Shown here: piece after piece, positions 1 to 15,759 of the stretch
Layout of the letters: each line of letters begins with the position of its first letter
Position numbering within the stretch: the first letter of the stretch is position 1
From: Eledone cirrhosa
Taxonomy: Eukaryota
NCBI GenBank assembly: GCA_964016885.1
Contig: OZ024741.1
Span: forward strand, 241,862,001 to 241,926,000
DNA length: 64,000 bases
Direction: 5' to 3'
The notes under the pieces: model-generated
Databases searched by the model: none
Seen by the model: only the letters and a program-made list of their open reading frames with translations
Told to the model about the DNA's origin: nothing
Translations under genes and position numbers: made by a program

Positions 1-103
1 GTTGTAGCTCTGATTCATATGATTCATCGAGCGCTTGCCACACATATCGGACGTTGATTTTCGTTAATTCCTGAGCCGAAAACGATTCTCGCTAATTTAT
101 ATT

Positions 104-151
<48 letters not shown>

Positions 152-155
152 AATC

Positions 156-420
156 ATCATCATCATCATCATCACCGTTTTACGTCCGTTCTTCCACGCT
201 AGCATGGGTTAGACGGGTTGTCCTGTTGTGGGCAGTGTCTGGTCGGCTGACCATGCCTTGCTCATACAGGAACTGATTTGGCCTGATTTCTACAGCTGGA
301 TGCCCTTCCTCACACCAACCTTATTTACAGTGAGTGCTGGGTGCTTTTTCGTGGCGCCTACACGTCCACTTTACAGTGTGGGCTGGGTGCTTTTTTGCCG
401 TGGCACCTCCACGACCACCT
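156..420 (-). mobile_element. Non-autonomous RTE-related SINE-like repeat
   Basis: Minus strand has an AGGAAGGGCATCCAGCTGTAGAAA body, a CCCGTCTAACCCATGCTAGCGTGGAAGAACGGACGTAAAA end and a (GAT)n tail. This end matches the RTE 3' end at 23,598-23,668. Related copies lie at 13,930-14,205 and 32,041-32,290. Confidence 0.7.
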
Positions 421-582
421 TGCGGTGGGGGGGGGGGGCATATTGACTATATGCTTTAGCTTGTACCCATGGGAGGTCGGGTACTCTGTATTACTGCGTA
501 ACGCCAGAGGTCACGGTCGTGTGTCATTGCCTTTGAGAGGTGTAATTGGGTAAGGTCGGCTTTTATCACCTCATCCCAGGTC

Positions 583-628
<46 letters not shown>

Positions 629-871
629 TTCAAGAGTAACCAATCTTAAGCAGAGAGATGGAGATATGAGAGGAGAGATTGGTGAATTAGTTAGAAGCCA
701 AAGCGTAAAGGCATGTGCTCAATGTGAAATATGCAGTAGAAAGCAGCTAGGTGGCTAGGTGCGCAGAGCTGGAAATATTAATTAATTAAGCAAAACAAGA
801 CCACAAATTTCACAAGGAAGATATTATTAAAAGATTGTCAACATATTTTAGTTTGATGTAAGGAATGTAGA

Positions 872-920
<49 letters not shown>

Positions 921-979
921 CCAACATCAATGACTGAGATTCAAGGAATAACAACAATAATAATAATATTAATAATAAC

Positions 980-1198
980 CTTAAATTAAACAACGTTCAA
1001 CACTCACTAAAATGGGATATCGTGGCTAGGGCCCAACCGTTCAATGGACGAAGAAAATCTTGTGATCTCTGTATTACGGAAGCATATTACATAACTCTAT
1101 CACGACCTCTACCGATTAACGATAGAACGGAGGTAACTATTAGCTGTCAACATCAAAGCGCTAATTCCTTGGCCAATAGAATCTTTGACCCAACTTAG
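980..1198 (+). pseudogene. C-terminal fragment of a PLE GIY-YIG endonuclease region
   Basis: Translates LKLNNVQHSLKWDIVARAQPFNGRRKSCDLCITEAYYI...INDRTEVTISCQH. This aligns with WQLKHDNVGYSMVWNIVSRGIPFNSSSETCDLCAEEIFFI...CCRH of the PLE at 29,540-29,720. Confidence 0.85.
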
Positions 1199-1560
1199 TC
1201 ATGTAGCCCCATTTTTACTTGTAGCTAATAAGTTAAATTGCTATGAACAATTCGATAATTATAAGTTACCTCCCCTACATTGTCTCTCAATTAAAAAAAA
1301 TTTTAAATTAGCACTTAACTATAAACACCCACAATTTCTAATCTCTCGAGAAGTTACTTCCCCTGAAACTACCCTCTAATTAGTAAGGTAAATATGCCCT
1401 TTGGCAGCCATCTTTTTACCCATAGGCAGATCTCACACAATGCAGCCTCGACAGGTGAATACTGCTTGATTATGGCTGACAACTGATGCAACCAAGACAC
1501 CATAGTAAAAACCAATATATGGAACATTATATTATGTAACATTATCTCATTATTTTAATT

Positions 1561-1747
1561 GGTGGATTGGCAGTATCAGTAGAGGGTCGGACGCCATGCT
1601 TTCCAGCATAGTTACGCCCCTTTACGATCTGAGTTCAAATCCCGCCCAGGTTGACTTTGCCTTTCATCCTTACGGGGTCGATAAAATAAAGTACCAGTAA
1701 TGCACTGGGTAATTGCTGGCCTTGTGCCTAAAGTAGAAACAATTATT
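1561..1747 (+). mobile_element. tRNA-derived SINE with Meta-type central domain
   Basis: A-box-like TGGCAGTATCAGT, B-box GAGTTCAAATCC, core GCCTTTCATCCTTACGGGGTCGATAAAATAAAGTACCAG and an ATT tail; at least 12 copies in the window. Confidence 0.85.
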
Positions 1748-1767
1748 TTAATTTATATTCCTTTGAA

Positions 1768-1887
1768 GTTCCGATGAGCCACTCTGTCTTTTAAATATGT
1801 TAATTATTTTCAACTGAACCAGATCAATTATGATATATAGTCATCTGATCCAGAAATATTATATGGAGTAGCGAAACAATTGTAAAC
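1768..1887 (+). ncRNA. Degenerate type-I hammerhead ribozyme motif
   Basis: GTT-CCGATGA-GC...GC-GAAA-CAATTG-TA-AAC. The core has a U-to-C change (CCGAUGA), stem II is long and loop III is palindromic. Confidence 0.5.
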
Positions 1888-1906
1888 GGACATTATTATT
1901 ATTAAT

Positions 1907-2062
1907 CATGCTTTGAAGAATAGAGTTACGTCTCTTTATGATCTGAGTTCAAATCCCGCCGAGGTTAACTTTGCCTTTCATCCTTACGGGGTCGATAAAA
2001 TAACGTACCAGTAATGTACTGGATAATTGCTGGCCTTGTGCCAAAAGTAGAAACAATTATTA
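1907..2062 (+). mobile_element. 5'-truncated Meta-domain SINE
   Basis: Near-identical to 1,595-1,747. Confidence 0.85.
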
Positions 2063-2179
2063 TTAATATTATTATTATTATTATTATTCTCTACATTCCT
2101 TACATCAAACTAAAATATGTTGACAATCTTTTAATAATGTCATCCTTGTGAAATGTGTGGTCTTGTTTTGCTTAACTAA

Positions 2180-2252
<73 letters not shown>

Positions 2253-2410
2253 CCAAACATTTATATGGTTCGTTGATTATTCAACGAATTCATTTTTACA
2301 ACAGATTAGAAACACTCGACAGATATTTATCTGGAGTATCCTTAATATTCAAAATATTAATAAATGAGAAATACTTTCACATAACCAAAGTATATATTTT
2401 ATTATATATA

Positions 2411-2888
2411 CAGGGTTGGGCAGAAAGGTTGCCCCGATTTCAAAGGTTAATAAAAAAAAAACAAACACATGATCATAAGAGAAAAAACTTTGTATTTATA
2501 ATAAGTACATTACATGCCATTGTGGTTTAAATGGTTTTGAAAATTCTATCACTTAAGTGACGACTGCCAATGTCGATGCAGTTTTGAAGTCTCTCTCATT
2601 TTCTGGTCCTGTAGCGGTCCTAGGACGGCCAGAACTTTTCTTTTTTAAAGCCGATGATGTTTGTCTAAAGTTAGAAACCCACAGACGAATTGTTTTTCCA
2701 TCCGGTACGGGATCATGACGACGAAGCACAATGATCTCCACTCCAGGCCATGGTGGGGTACTACCTGAAACAGAAAATTAATGGCATGTAATATACTTAT
2801 TATAAATACAAAATGTGTTCTCTTGTGAACAGGTATTTTTTTTTTTTATTAACCTTTGAAATCGTGACAACCTGTCTGCCCCACCCTG
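2411..2888 (-). mobile_element. Internally deleted Tc1/mariner DNA transposon
   Basis: TIRs CAGGGTTGGGCAGAAAGGTTG... / ...CAACCTGTCTGCCCCACCCTG with a TA duplication. The minus-strand ORF remnant PDGKTIRLWVSNFRQTSSALKKKSSGRPRT resembles a transposase N-terminal HTH plus GRPR motif. Confidence 0.9.
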
Positions 2889-3003
2889 TATTTCAAGGGT
2901 ACAGTAGTTTTTTAGTACGCTTTCATCAGATAAAACAGAAGAAATTGATTATTCGACATACCGCTATGGTCTTGATCCTTCAATCCCTATAGTGGCAGTC
3001 TTG

Positions 3004-3066
3004 TGTTTTATCTGATGAAAGCGTACTCAAAAACTACTGTACCCTTGAAATATATATAATAAAATA
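3004..3066 (+). ncRNA. Type-I hammerhead ribozyme
   Basis: Stem I TGTTTTAT/ATAAAATA; CTGATGA; stem II AAGCGTAC/GTACCCTT (one C.C); GAAA; minimal stem III with ATAT loop; predicted cleavage after AUA at 3,058. Confidence 0.85.
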
Positions 3067-3159
3067 TATACTTTTGTTATGTGAAAGTATTTCTCATTTA
3101 TTAATATTTTGAATATATATATCTTCCCCTACCATTCCTGCGAAGGAACATCATCATCA

Positions 3160-3164
3160 CCAAT

Positions 3165-3195
<31 letters not shown>

Positions 3196-3217
3196 GCGGC
3201 AGCAGCAGCAACAACAG

Positions 3218-3248
<31 letters not shown>

Positions 3249-3290
3249 AACAACAGCAACGGCAACAACAACAACAACAACAACAACAAC
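3160..3290 (+). repeat. (ACA/GCA)n microsatellite
   Basis: Direct reading. Confidence 0.95.
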
Positions 3291-3313
3291 CGACCAGTAC
3301 AGATTTTGCAGAA

Positions 3314-3934
3314 TTGCAACAAATGATTTCTGCTTTAAGAAGGGAAGTAACAGGAATAAAATCAAGCATTCGGGTAGGACCCCACAATGCGGGGTCTTAT
3401 CGGAATGCCTTGCTAAAGAATCTCCCTGTACCTCTTGCCGTATCTGGGCACACTGAGAAGACTGCGGAATCTGCTACCCATGAAGTAATTGCCATTGGGG
3501 TACCAGACGACAAGGCTGATCTTCAGACATTTGCTGCCAGCTCAGCCAAAGACCTAGGCTGTGTTTCCCAAAAGGGTGCTCTCCACCTTGGTCGACCTGG
3601 TCGAAAACCCAGACTCATCAGGCTGTCTTTTTCGGAGCCCGCTGAGGCAATTTCATATCATCTGGCCTCTGTTAAAGCTGGGCGTGAAAATCGGATTACC
3701 TTCCGAACACGCCCAGGCCTACCACCTGATGTACGTCCAAAGCTACGTGCTGCAGCTTCCTCGAATCGGAACTCAGCACAACATGAACGTTTTATTCTGC
3801 AGATCTGGAGGTTTGGGCAGATCTGGAGGTTTGTTAAAGATGGTGAAACGTGGAAGAGAGATACCAGCTGGTCTGAGTGCGCTCTACCCACAATAACTGG
3901 CAATGAAAAACCTGCAACAACTCTGGGAAACTAA
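3314..3934 (+). pseudogene. Probable LINE ORF1 (partial)
   Basis: 206-aa non-repetitive ORF directly upstream of the APE domain; VIAIGVPD...LGRPGRKPRLIRLSF resembles the RRM region of LINE ORF1 proteins. Confidence 0.6.
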
Positions 3935-3990
3935 ACCAGAACAACCTGCCATCCTCTACACACCATCATAAACTGCAAGCAGGGTACAAA

Positions 3991-4791
3991 TTGTTGTCCT
4001 TAAATGCTCGCAATTTATGTAACAAGATACATCTGTTTAACTCCTACGTCAAAAGCATCGACCCTGACTTCATTACAGTCACGGAAACATGGGCACATTC
4101 TTTACTCTGTGATGGGGTTTTCAGCATTACTGGGTACAACCTGTTCCGCAAGGACCGCATTAATAGCCGTGGTGGTGGTGTGATGGTCTACGTTCGTTCA
4201 AACTTTTCGGTAATTCCTTGCGTTGATTTGAACGAATCACAAGAAGTATTTTTCTGTGACATACGTATGACCATGTCAACATTTCTGCTTGGTGTTGTTT
4301 ATCGCCCCCCAAACTACCATCAGGACACACAGCTTTGCGATATCCTCAGAGCTGCTGCCAAGAAAACAGCCACTTATGTGTTTATTGCAGGTGACTTCAA
4401 TCATCCTGAGATCGATTGGGAAACCTTTCATTGGCCACAAAGTGCAAACGATTTCCTTGAGCTAGTGCTGGACTCAAACTGGTCACAAGTAGTCACCTCT
4501 CCAACAAGAGGTGACAACACTTTGGACCTGCTCTTCACCACTACTCCTGAAGTGGTTATCAGTTGTACTACTGAGGAACCTCTAGGCGACTCTGATCATG
4601 CTATGATCATTGCCAATTTGGCTCTTGCGGGCAGCAACAAAAACCAGAACCATCTCCAATCTGTTTGCTTTGATTGGAAGAAAGCAGATTGGAACTTGTA
4701 CTGCACTGAGCTACAGCGCCCAAACTGGCATGAGTTCTATAACTCTGGAGATGTGAACACTATACTCCAGAGCATCCTGGACTCAATATAA
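3991..4791 (+). pseudogene. LINE ORF2 APE endonuclease domain
   Basis: Motifs NARNL, VTETW, RKDR..RGGGV, VYRPP, GDFNHP, PTRGDNTLDL, SDH. Confidence 0.92.
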
Positions 4792-4798
4792 ATAGCGT

Positions 4799-6726
4799 GT
4801 GCAGCATCAGTGCCACAAAAGTGCAATTTGGGAAACTTCAGCGGTCCGACTTGCCAGGAAAGAACGTCGGAATACTGAGCGGGAATATAAACTGCATAAA
4901 TCAGATGCCAACAGAAAAAAGTGGAATAAATCTTCCAACCATCTCAAACAAGTGACAAAAAAGGCAGTGCTTGAATTTGAACAGTACATAACAACCAATC
5001 CTGACATTAAGGTGTTCTGGAAATATATACATTCAAAGCAGAGACTTCACTCTCCAGTTGGCCCTCTTCGCAATCCCTACACAAACCAGATCACTGACGA
5101 TCCCAAAGAATGCGCAGAACTCATTGCTGAGTGCTATGCAAGCATTTTTACTGTTGAAAACCAGAATGTACCATCTCCACCATCTATAACATCAAATTCC
5201 ATAACTATGGAATTTACACTTACAATGCTGCGACGTCACCTTAAGAATAAGTGCAACTATGCCTCCCCTGGTCTTGAAGGTGTTACATACCTGCTTCTCA
5301 AACGTGGTGGGTACTTCCTTTTGCACCAGCTTTCTTTCTTCTTTCAATACTGTCTCAACAATGGTGCTACTCCGGAGAGTGGAAAACTGCCAGTGTCATT
5401 CCCCTGTTCATAAAGTGTGACCGCACGTCACCTGTCAACTATCGTCTAGTCAATCTTATTAGCTGCATTGCCAAACTGATGGAATCCTGTGTCAGAGAAA
5501 CACTTTGGAACTTCTGGAGCTCTCACAGCCTAATCCGGCCCTCGCAATTTGGATTTATCCCTAACTCTAGCTGCCGTGATCAGCTTATCGAGTTCCTTGA
5601 AGACATTACCCGGATTACTGACAGCAGCTCTTGGGTTGATGTTGTTTACCTTGACTTCGCTAAGGCTTTTAATTCAGTGCCACACAAAAGACTTATGGCG
5701 AAACTCTCTGCAATGGGTGTGAGGGATGATCTTTTTAACTGGTTGAAATCCTTCATTCTCAGCCGAAAAGAGGTAGTCACGGTTCTAGGACAGCATTCTT
5801 CACCATATGAGATGTCATCTGGTGTACCACAGGGATCTGTTCTTGGTCCCCTTTTGTTTGTTGCATACATTAATGACATAGATGCCAACTTAAAGAATGC
5901 CATGGTACTGAAATGTGTAGATGACATCAAGCTGTGCCTTGAAATCAAAAGGACAGATCCTGATATCTATAACTCTTTCCTACAATCAGACATGGACACA
6001 ATGCAGCAATGGATCACAGACTGGCAACTGAAGCTGGCTGTGGACAAGTGTACCACCATGCATTTTGGGAGGAAAAATCCAGCGTCCACATACTCCCTCC
6101 ACAACACTGATATCAAGAAGTCCTCTTGTGAACGTGACCTGGGCATTACTGTCAGCAGCAATTTGCGTTGGACAAAGCACATCTCTAAAATTGTCAAGAA
6201 GGCCGAGGGTGTCTTGTCATCACTCAGCAAGACCTTTGTTAGCCGCTCTCCAGCCATCTATTTAAAGCTGTATACAGCTATGGTACGACCACACTTGGAA
6301 TTCGAATCATCAGTCTGCAACCCCTATCTTGCTCAGAACATTGACCTCCTGGAAACTGCTCAGAGACGTGCAACCAAGTGCATACCCTCTATCAGACACC
6401 TACCATACTCTGAACACCTTGCTTCCCTGGGCATGGATTCATTGAAGCTCCGACGTCTGGCAACTGACGTGGTAAACACCCACAAAGTTATTAACCATCT
6501 CGCCAACAACAACCCTGAATACCTTTTTGATCTCCATGTGTCTAACACACGTGGACATGCCTACAAAGTCAGAAAACAGCACAGCTCCCATGACTTTCGG
6601 AAACATTTTTTCACGCTTAGAGTTGCTGAAGCATGAAACAAACTGCCTGCATCAGTTGTTAGCTGCCGAGACACTGCATCCTTTAAAACACTCATGCTTC
6701 CCAAAATTCGCCAAAACTACACCTGA
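4799..6726 (+). pseudogene. LINE ORF2 linker and reverse transcriptase, disrupted
   Basis: QFGF, YLDFAKAFNSVPH and SGVPQGSVLGPLLF present. Catalytic YADD reads CVDD; frameshift near 5,380; TGA replaces Trp at 6,634. Confidence 0.92.
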
Positions 6727-6889
6727 TGTCCCCCTTCCATACACATGCACACATGTGTATATCATGACTCATGCACTGTTCATTTTCCTGACGTTTGTAC
6801 ATTACCCTATGTACTATACATACACTTTTTGATGAGTTGTAGTGCACCTGAGCACTGTACACAATATTTTCATTATTATCATTATTATA

Positions 6890-7249
<360 letters not shown>

Positions 7250-7390
7250 ATATGTATATATATATATATATATGTATGCAAAATAAATGGAAAACAACAG
7301 ACAATAGAATGAAGTATAATGAAGATATATATTATGTTTTGGACACTAATCCTTCATCAGTATACCGATATATATATATATATACTATAC

Positions 7391-7813
7391 GGGATAACAA
7401 GTTATCGTTATAGGTGATCTACTTAGAGGTATTCCAGTTAGATAACAAGTTATATAGGCAATCCACTTAGAGGTAGTCCAGTTAGAGTACTCCGTGTTGT
7501 GGATGGTATTAACGTATGGCTTAGTTTGACTCAACAAGATGCTTCCATAGTGATGCAGCGAGTTCACGGTGATTTCTAGGTAGGTTATACTTGGAGTAAT
7601 AATAATTCAAGAAATAAGAGTAACATGGTTGTCAGTACAATAAGGGCTTTATTCGATGTTGTTTCAATCGATCTCCAAATTGGAGATCGATTGACGAAAC
7701 ATTTAGCGATTAGCGAACTCTAGACCTACCAGATCAAAGAAACAATTGTCAGCACTGTGAATAAAGCCCTTATTGTACAGACAACCAGCTAACTCTTATT
7801 TCTTGAATTATTA
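7391..7813. mobile_element. Non-coding PLE-like pLTR insertion with inverted arms
   Basis: About 7,600-7,655 is the reverse complement of about 7,759-7,813; degenerate TTGACGA...GAAACAATTGTC hammerhead; same family as 31,745-31,998; TA flanks. Confidence 0.65.
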
Positions 7814-8379
7814 TATATATTATATATAGGTTTACACTATATATATATATATATGAATGTGTGTGCATGTGTGTGTGTGTGCATGTGCGTGTGTGTGCAT
7901 GTGTGTATGTATGTGTTGGTATTTGTGTCAGTGCCTATGTCTGTGTCTATATGATATATATCATAGTTACTTCTGTATAAGTCACATTCAATTAATGCAG
8001 CACCTCCATTTTACACAGAACATATACAATGTATCATGTACTGAAAACTGACATCTTGTAAGTCCAGTTGAGAAGACAGATGCTGGATTTTCATATATAT
8101 ATATATACAAAAAGGATATGGAAACAACAAAGCAAACAACATAGTACAATGAAGAAATATATTAGTTTAATTCATCATATAAAAGGAAAAGCATTTTGAC
8201 GTTTTGGACACTAGTATTTCATCAGAAGTTAGATTGAGAAATAGGAGATGAAAAGAAAAGATAATGAGTGAGAAGAAAAAAAAATGGAAAAATATATATA
8301 TACATCAAATTTTGTCATGATTTGGACATGTTTGCTCATTATAGTTTCTCTCCATCTATGGTGAACCTTTGTCATCTCT

Positions 8380-9055
8380 TCTGTGAAGTTCTGCCTTTTG
8401 AAATCCATTCTCAACACTTTTTGCCTTCTGTTTCCTTGGTCTTCTTCTATTGTTGCTTCCTTCCACTGGTAATGCTTGGCCCTTTTTCACCAAACAATCA
8501 CCACCCTTATGAATAACATGTCCATACCAGTAGAGTCTTCTCATTTGCACACTTCATTTGATACCGCTTTTACCTAGTTTTTTTCTCACCTCATCCATGC
8601 TTCAACATTCATGCACATCCATCCATCACACATCCATCAAAGTTTTCTTGCATAATTTATCTCCAGCCTACTCATATCCTCTGTATTTAATGCCCATGTT
8701 TCTCTTCCATAAAATATCATACTTCACAGTCCAGGCATCATGGAGCTGACCACATGATCACTTACCAATCATCTGATTTAAAGCTATTCAAGTGGTTAGC
8801 TTAATTCCTCAAGTTGGTGTTGCAAATGGTTAAGTCATTTACATCACAGAATTGTAAGAGCCTTGATACTTCTTCATTTTTCTAGACATCTTTGATTACT
8901 GAACACTCCAGAGTAGCCATCTTGGTGCTACCCAACATGTTCATCAAAGTTACCAACCAACATGTTGAGGTTTCTGTCATCTGTTATTGAAATTGTCTGT
9001 AAAAGGTCTTCATAGAAAAAGCTTTTAGTTCTTTACATTACCTGGCTGTAAAACA
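8380..9055 (-). mobile_element. Decayed, internally deleted RTE LINE
   Basis: RRLYWYGHV...LVKK...PVEG...RRPRK (RTE C-terminus), and KAFFYEDL...LVGNFDEHVG (APE-like) near 8,930-9,030. Confidence 0.7.
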
Positions 9056-9126
9056 CACGTGGGGATAACTTTGCATTCTATTGCCTATATGTGTAGGAAT
9101 AGATATTATACATACATCTGGGATTC

Positions 9127-11830
<2,704 letters not shown>

Positions 11831-12599
11831 TGTATATATGTATATATCGTTCATCGTCTCATAATGCTTAAAAAATGTAAAAAAGCCTTTCTAATATTAT
11901 TTCTATGTAAAGCCTCTAACCCTTTATTCCTCTACCATGTTTTCCAATGGAACCCATAGGTATCAATAATTGTACACTAATAAGTAAATCTTAAATCCTA
12001 ATCCTACTTCTATGAACCTTATTCCTTATTCCTTGATACTCTGATCACCATCATTCTTAAACTCTAATCTTTAATCATAACTTCTATTCATTGATTCCAA
12101 ACCCCTATCTTAACCTTTGCTGTAATTGTTCTGCCTCTGTGTGCTCTGAGTTAAAATCCTGTTATGGTCAACTTGCCTTTCAGTCTTTTGATGTCAAAGA
12201 AAAAGTCCAGTACTTGGTTGATTCTTACTCTGTACCTCTGTCTCACTTCCTGTCTAACCCTCTCTCTTCTTCTCTGGAAGAAATCAGCTATTTAAAATGT
12301 TCAAGACATGCTCTGTGTCACTATGGTGCCCCTATGACTCAACATACATACAAAGAAGTCATAAAAGAAGTCATAAAAACTAAGTCATAATCACTAAACT
12401 CTAGCTTGATAATTTAACCTTTTGATATCAATGCAGCTGAAACTGGTTTTATTTCTACAATCAAAACTGCATACTTTAAATTAGAATCTTGCAACATAAT
12501 TTTATATAATAACCATATGTTAAGTTAGTCTAACAGCATGTGCGCATGTCAACTTGGCTTGTTGTGACATGTCACACAGCTCCCAAGGGAAACATGCTA

Positions 12600-12755
12600 A
12601 TTAGGTCCTGTATTGGTACCCCTATGGAAAGAAGCAAAGAGGATATCCCTAATGAACTGGCAGCAGATAATCGACAGAGACCTGAAACCCGTTAACAAAA
12701 ATAGATACAACTGACCATGGTCATTGGGGCACTTTGGCTGCCTCATGTGTCTCAA
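12600..12755 (+). mobile_element. Old RTE-like LINE 3' fragment
   Basis: Translates WYPYGKKQRGYP, resembling the W.P.GKR.RGRP motif. Confidence 0.45.
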
Positions 12756-13479
12756 AACATGGGAGATTCTAATTCTAAGTAATTTAATATCTTAGTAATG
12801 AAATAATTAATCATTTTAATCCTGAAATTGTTAATTGAGATAGAGTGAATTTCTATATGAATATGGTCACAAAATGGTTAATCTCTAATTCCTAGACTCT
12901 AACCCTTAATATCTAATCTCCAAACCCTATTTACTAACCCCTAAATCCTAAACAATCCTAAGCTTGAATTCTTAAATCTTAACCTCTAAACTTTATTACT
13001 TAACCACAAAGCTCTAATTCTTACGCCCTAACCTCTAAACTCTACAACCGACTCCTAAAGATTTAGCCTCCAATACCTACAATGGACATATCTGACAATC
13101 GAGTTTCTACATCTTATCTCAAACACCAGTCTGACATATATTGTTGACTGTTATCTTTCACTAGTAATTCCCTCTCACTCTCTCTCTCTCTCTAATACAT
13201 AACATCATCATTTTAGGTCCATTGTTTTCATGCTGTAATAAGTTTGACTGGTCATTACAGACAACTTCATTACTTAGTAAGGGCTTCTATGTTCTAGGAC
13301 AAGTCAGTGGACCACATCTCAGTCAATATGATCCATTTTTTTTTTTGCATGATTTCTACATCTGGCTTTCAAATGCCATATATATTAAAACACTAATTCT
13401 TGGAGAAGCGAGTATAGGCAAATAATCTGTAATAATGAAATTTTCCTCAGTATGACACAACCCCAGGAAACTTAAAGTC

Positions 13480-13926
13480 TTTTTTACCATGTTTTTAAAT
13501 ATATATAAACTGGCTGTATCATGCCAGTGTGCAATATACAATGCTGCATGGTGGTGAATGCAAAGGATGTAGAAAGTCTTGAGAGAAATCAAGTGACTCT
13601 ATTCTGATGGATGCACAATGTTAATGTGCATGAACAAGGAAGCATGAATCAGATGTAGTGTACAAGAAAGAAGACTGTGCTGGTATGGTCCTGTGATGTG
13701 TATGAATGTTGATTGTAGAGTGATGCCGAGAGATCCCAGTGGAAAGAGACTACAGTAAAGGAAGACCAAGGAAGTCGTAGATGAAGAAGGTGAGAGCTGA
13801 TCTCAAATTGCTGAAACTCACAGAGATAACGAAGGAACATTTCAATGAAAGGATGCTGTGCTGAAAACGATCCATCCAACCTATGCAAGCATAGAAAATT
13901 GGATGTAAAATGATGATGTTGATGAT
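13480..13926 (+). mobile_element. Decayed RTE LINE 3' end
   Basis: Similar to 23,362-23,668; ends TCCAACCTATGCAAGCATAGAAAATTGGATGTAAAA(TGA)n. Confidence 0.7.
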
Positions 13927-13929
13927 ACT

Positions 13930-14205
13930 ATGTATATTGGTTGTGTAGGTGTCATGACTAAAAGCACCCAGTCAACACTGTAAAGTGGTGATGTAGGTGA
14001 CATGACAAAAAGCACCCAGTGCACACTGTAAATGTGGTTGGCATTAGGAAGGGTATCCAGCCATAGAAACCAAACCTAAATCAGTTCTGTATGTGCAAAA
14101 CATGGTCATGCGTCCTGGTTTGTCTCACAATGGGACAGCTCATCTAACTCATACTAGCAGGAAAAATGGTTGTTAAACGGTGATGATGATGATGATGGTG
14201 ATGAT
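13930..14205 (+). mobile_element. RTE-related SINE-like repeat
   Basis: Duplicated AAAAGCACCCAGT...CACTGTAAA unit, GTGGTTGGCATTAGGAAGGGTATCCAGC and a (GAT)n tail. Confidence 0.7.
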
Positions 14206-14449
14206 ATATTCATTTTTTTCCTTCCAAAATGACTGATACAAAATGACACACATACTTTTTCTCAAAAAACATTTTTTTCTGTTCCTTCCTCTTCTCACAC
14301 TATCTTTCTATATATTCTTCTATTTTTCATTCTAGGGCTAGTGTCTGAAACGTTAAGACTCTTTTCCTACTATATCAAGTGTTAAACTAATATATTTCTT
14401 TATTGTACTGTGTTGTTTGGTGTGTTATTACTGTTTACCTTTTGCACAG

Positions 14450-14492
<43 letters not shown>

Positions 14493-14714
14493 CAATATAT
14501 ATTTATATATGTACGAATGTATGTATGTACATCACAACACAATTCTTTGAATAACTGTCTTCTACTAAAACCTTGGATGACCAATGCTTTGTGAAATTTG
14601 ATAGATGGAAATAGTGTGGATGCATATCATATGCATGTGTGTCTGTGTGTGAGTGTATGTTTGCTTGTATGAGTGTGTGTATACATATGGGTGTTTGCTA
14701 GCATTATCTCCTTT

Positions 14715-14913
14715 TGGATTGGTAGTATCGGTAGAGAGTCGGACGCCATGCTTTGACGCATAGAGTTACGGCCCTTGCCATTCTGAGTTCAAATCCCGAG
14801 GTTAACTTTGCCGAGGTTAACTTTGCCTTTCATCCTTACGAGGTCGATAAAATAAAGTACCAGTAATGCACTGGGTAATTAATGGCCTTGTGCCAAAAAG
14901 TAGAAACAATTAT
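14715..14913 (+). mobile_element. Meta-domain SINE
   Basis: Matches 1,561-1,747, with an internal duplication of CCGAGGTTAACTTTG. Confidence 0.85.
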
Positions 14914-15759
14914 CTCCCTTTGTATATATCTTAGCCTTTCTATAAATAGAGATCAGTAAAATAGATATTATAAAATAGATTTTTTTTGTTGTTGTCTCTT
15001 AAAGTCCTGTACCGTATTAAATAACCATATCAAAAAGACGTTCTTGAAAACTGCACAACAGCACTATGACCTCATTACATTAAGAATTAAAGTCTTTACT
15101 TTGGTTTATTGCAATTTTTTACAATGATCTGTCCACTAGTAAATATACTATAAACATTTGAATTGATAAAAAAAGGATTTTAGATATTTTCTGCTAAATC
15201 ATTATTTTGTTTTGGAGAGTTGACACCTGGGGGAGAAAGAGTTTGAGAATGGGCAATGGTAGGAGAGAATATAGGTGTGTTAGGGTGGTAATGGGATTTT
15301 CAATTAACTAGTTCTAAGGAATAGATTCCATGATAGTAAGTAGTGTTAGGAAACCCTGATTTTGTGGGCTTAGTTTTCCTCATCTTATTGCAGTTTCAGT
15401 GGTCTTATTTGCGCCAGTCACCAATCTGGTACTTTGTCAAACCAATGAAGACTAGGCTTTTTTAGAGGCAGCCTTTACTTGCCTTGTCATAGCTACACCA
15501 CTGAGTTGTGAGAGTTTTCTTGGGAACTAGAGGAGACTGTTTGTCTGAGGTTGCTTATTCATTCAGCAGTTGCCAACTTATATTGCCAGTAGCCATCATA
15601 TCTGGTGGTCGTATCGCTGTCCACCAGATCATTCATCTGGATATTCTTATTTCCTGTGACCTATGGTGTTTGAATATTTGGTAATAGTATCTCTCCCTAA
15701 TACATCCAGAAATATATGCCATACTGGCTGGCTTACTCCCAGGTGTAGCAATGCCAATT

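Larger units (their letters stand above)
625..2186 (+). mobile_element. 5'-truncated Penelope-like element with inverted pLTR copy, interrupted by two SINEs
   Basis: 775-875 is the reverse complement of about 2,085-2,186. It contains a PLE ORF C-terminus (980-1,198) and a degenerate hammerhead (1,768-1,887), and is flanked by (TA)n on both sides. Confidence 0.75.
2251..3116. mobile_element. Non-coding PLE pLTR insertion: long copy on minus strand, short inverted copy on plus strand
   Basis: 2,345-2,410 plus 2,889-2,937 is the reverse complement of about 3,004-3,116. Both arms carry a hammerhead; TA-repeat flanks. Confidence 0.8.
3291..6890 (+). mobile_element. CR1/L2-group LINE, near full length and disabled
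   Basis: ORF1 remnant, APE endonuclease, RT, CR1-type C-terminus TRGHAYKVRK...RKHFFTLRV and an ATT-rich tail; several stops and frameshifts. Confidence 0.92.

Noticed and set aside
1561-1645. tRNA gene
   Set aside because: The A and B boxes belong to a SINE head; there is no complete cloverleaf and a SINE body follows.
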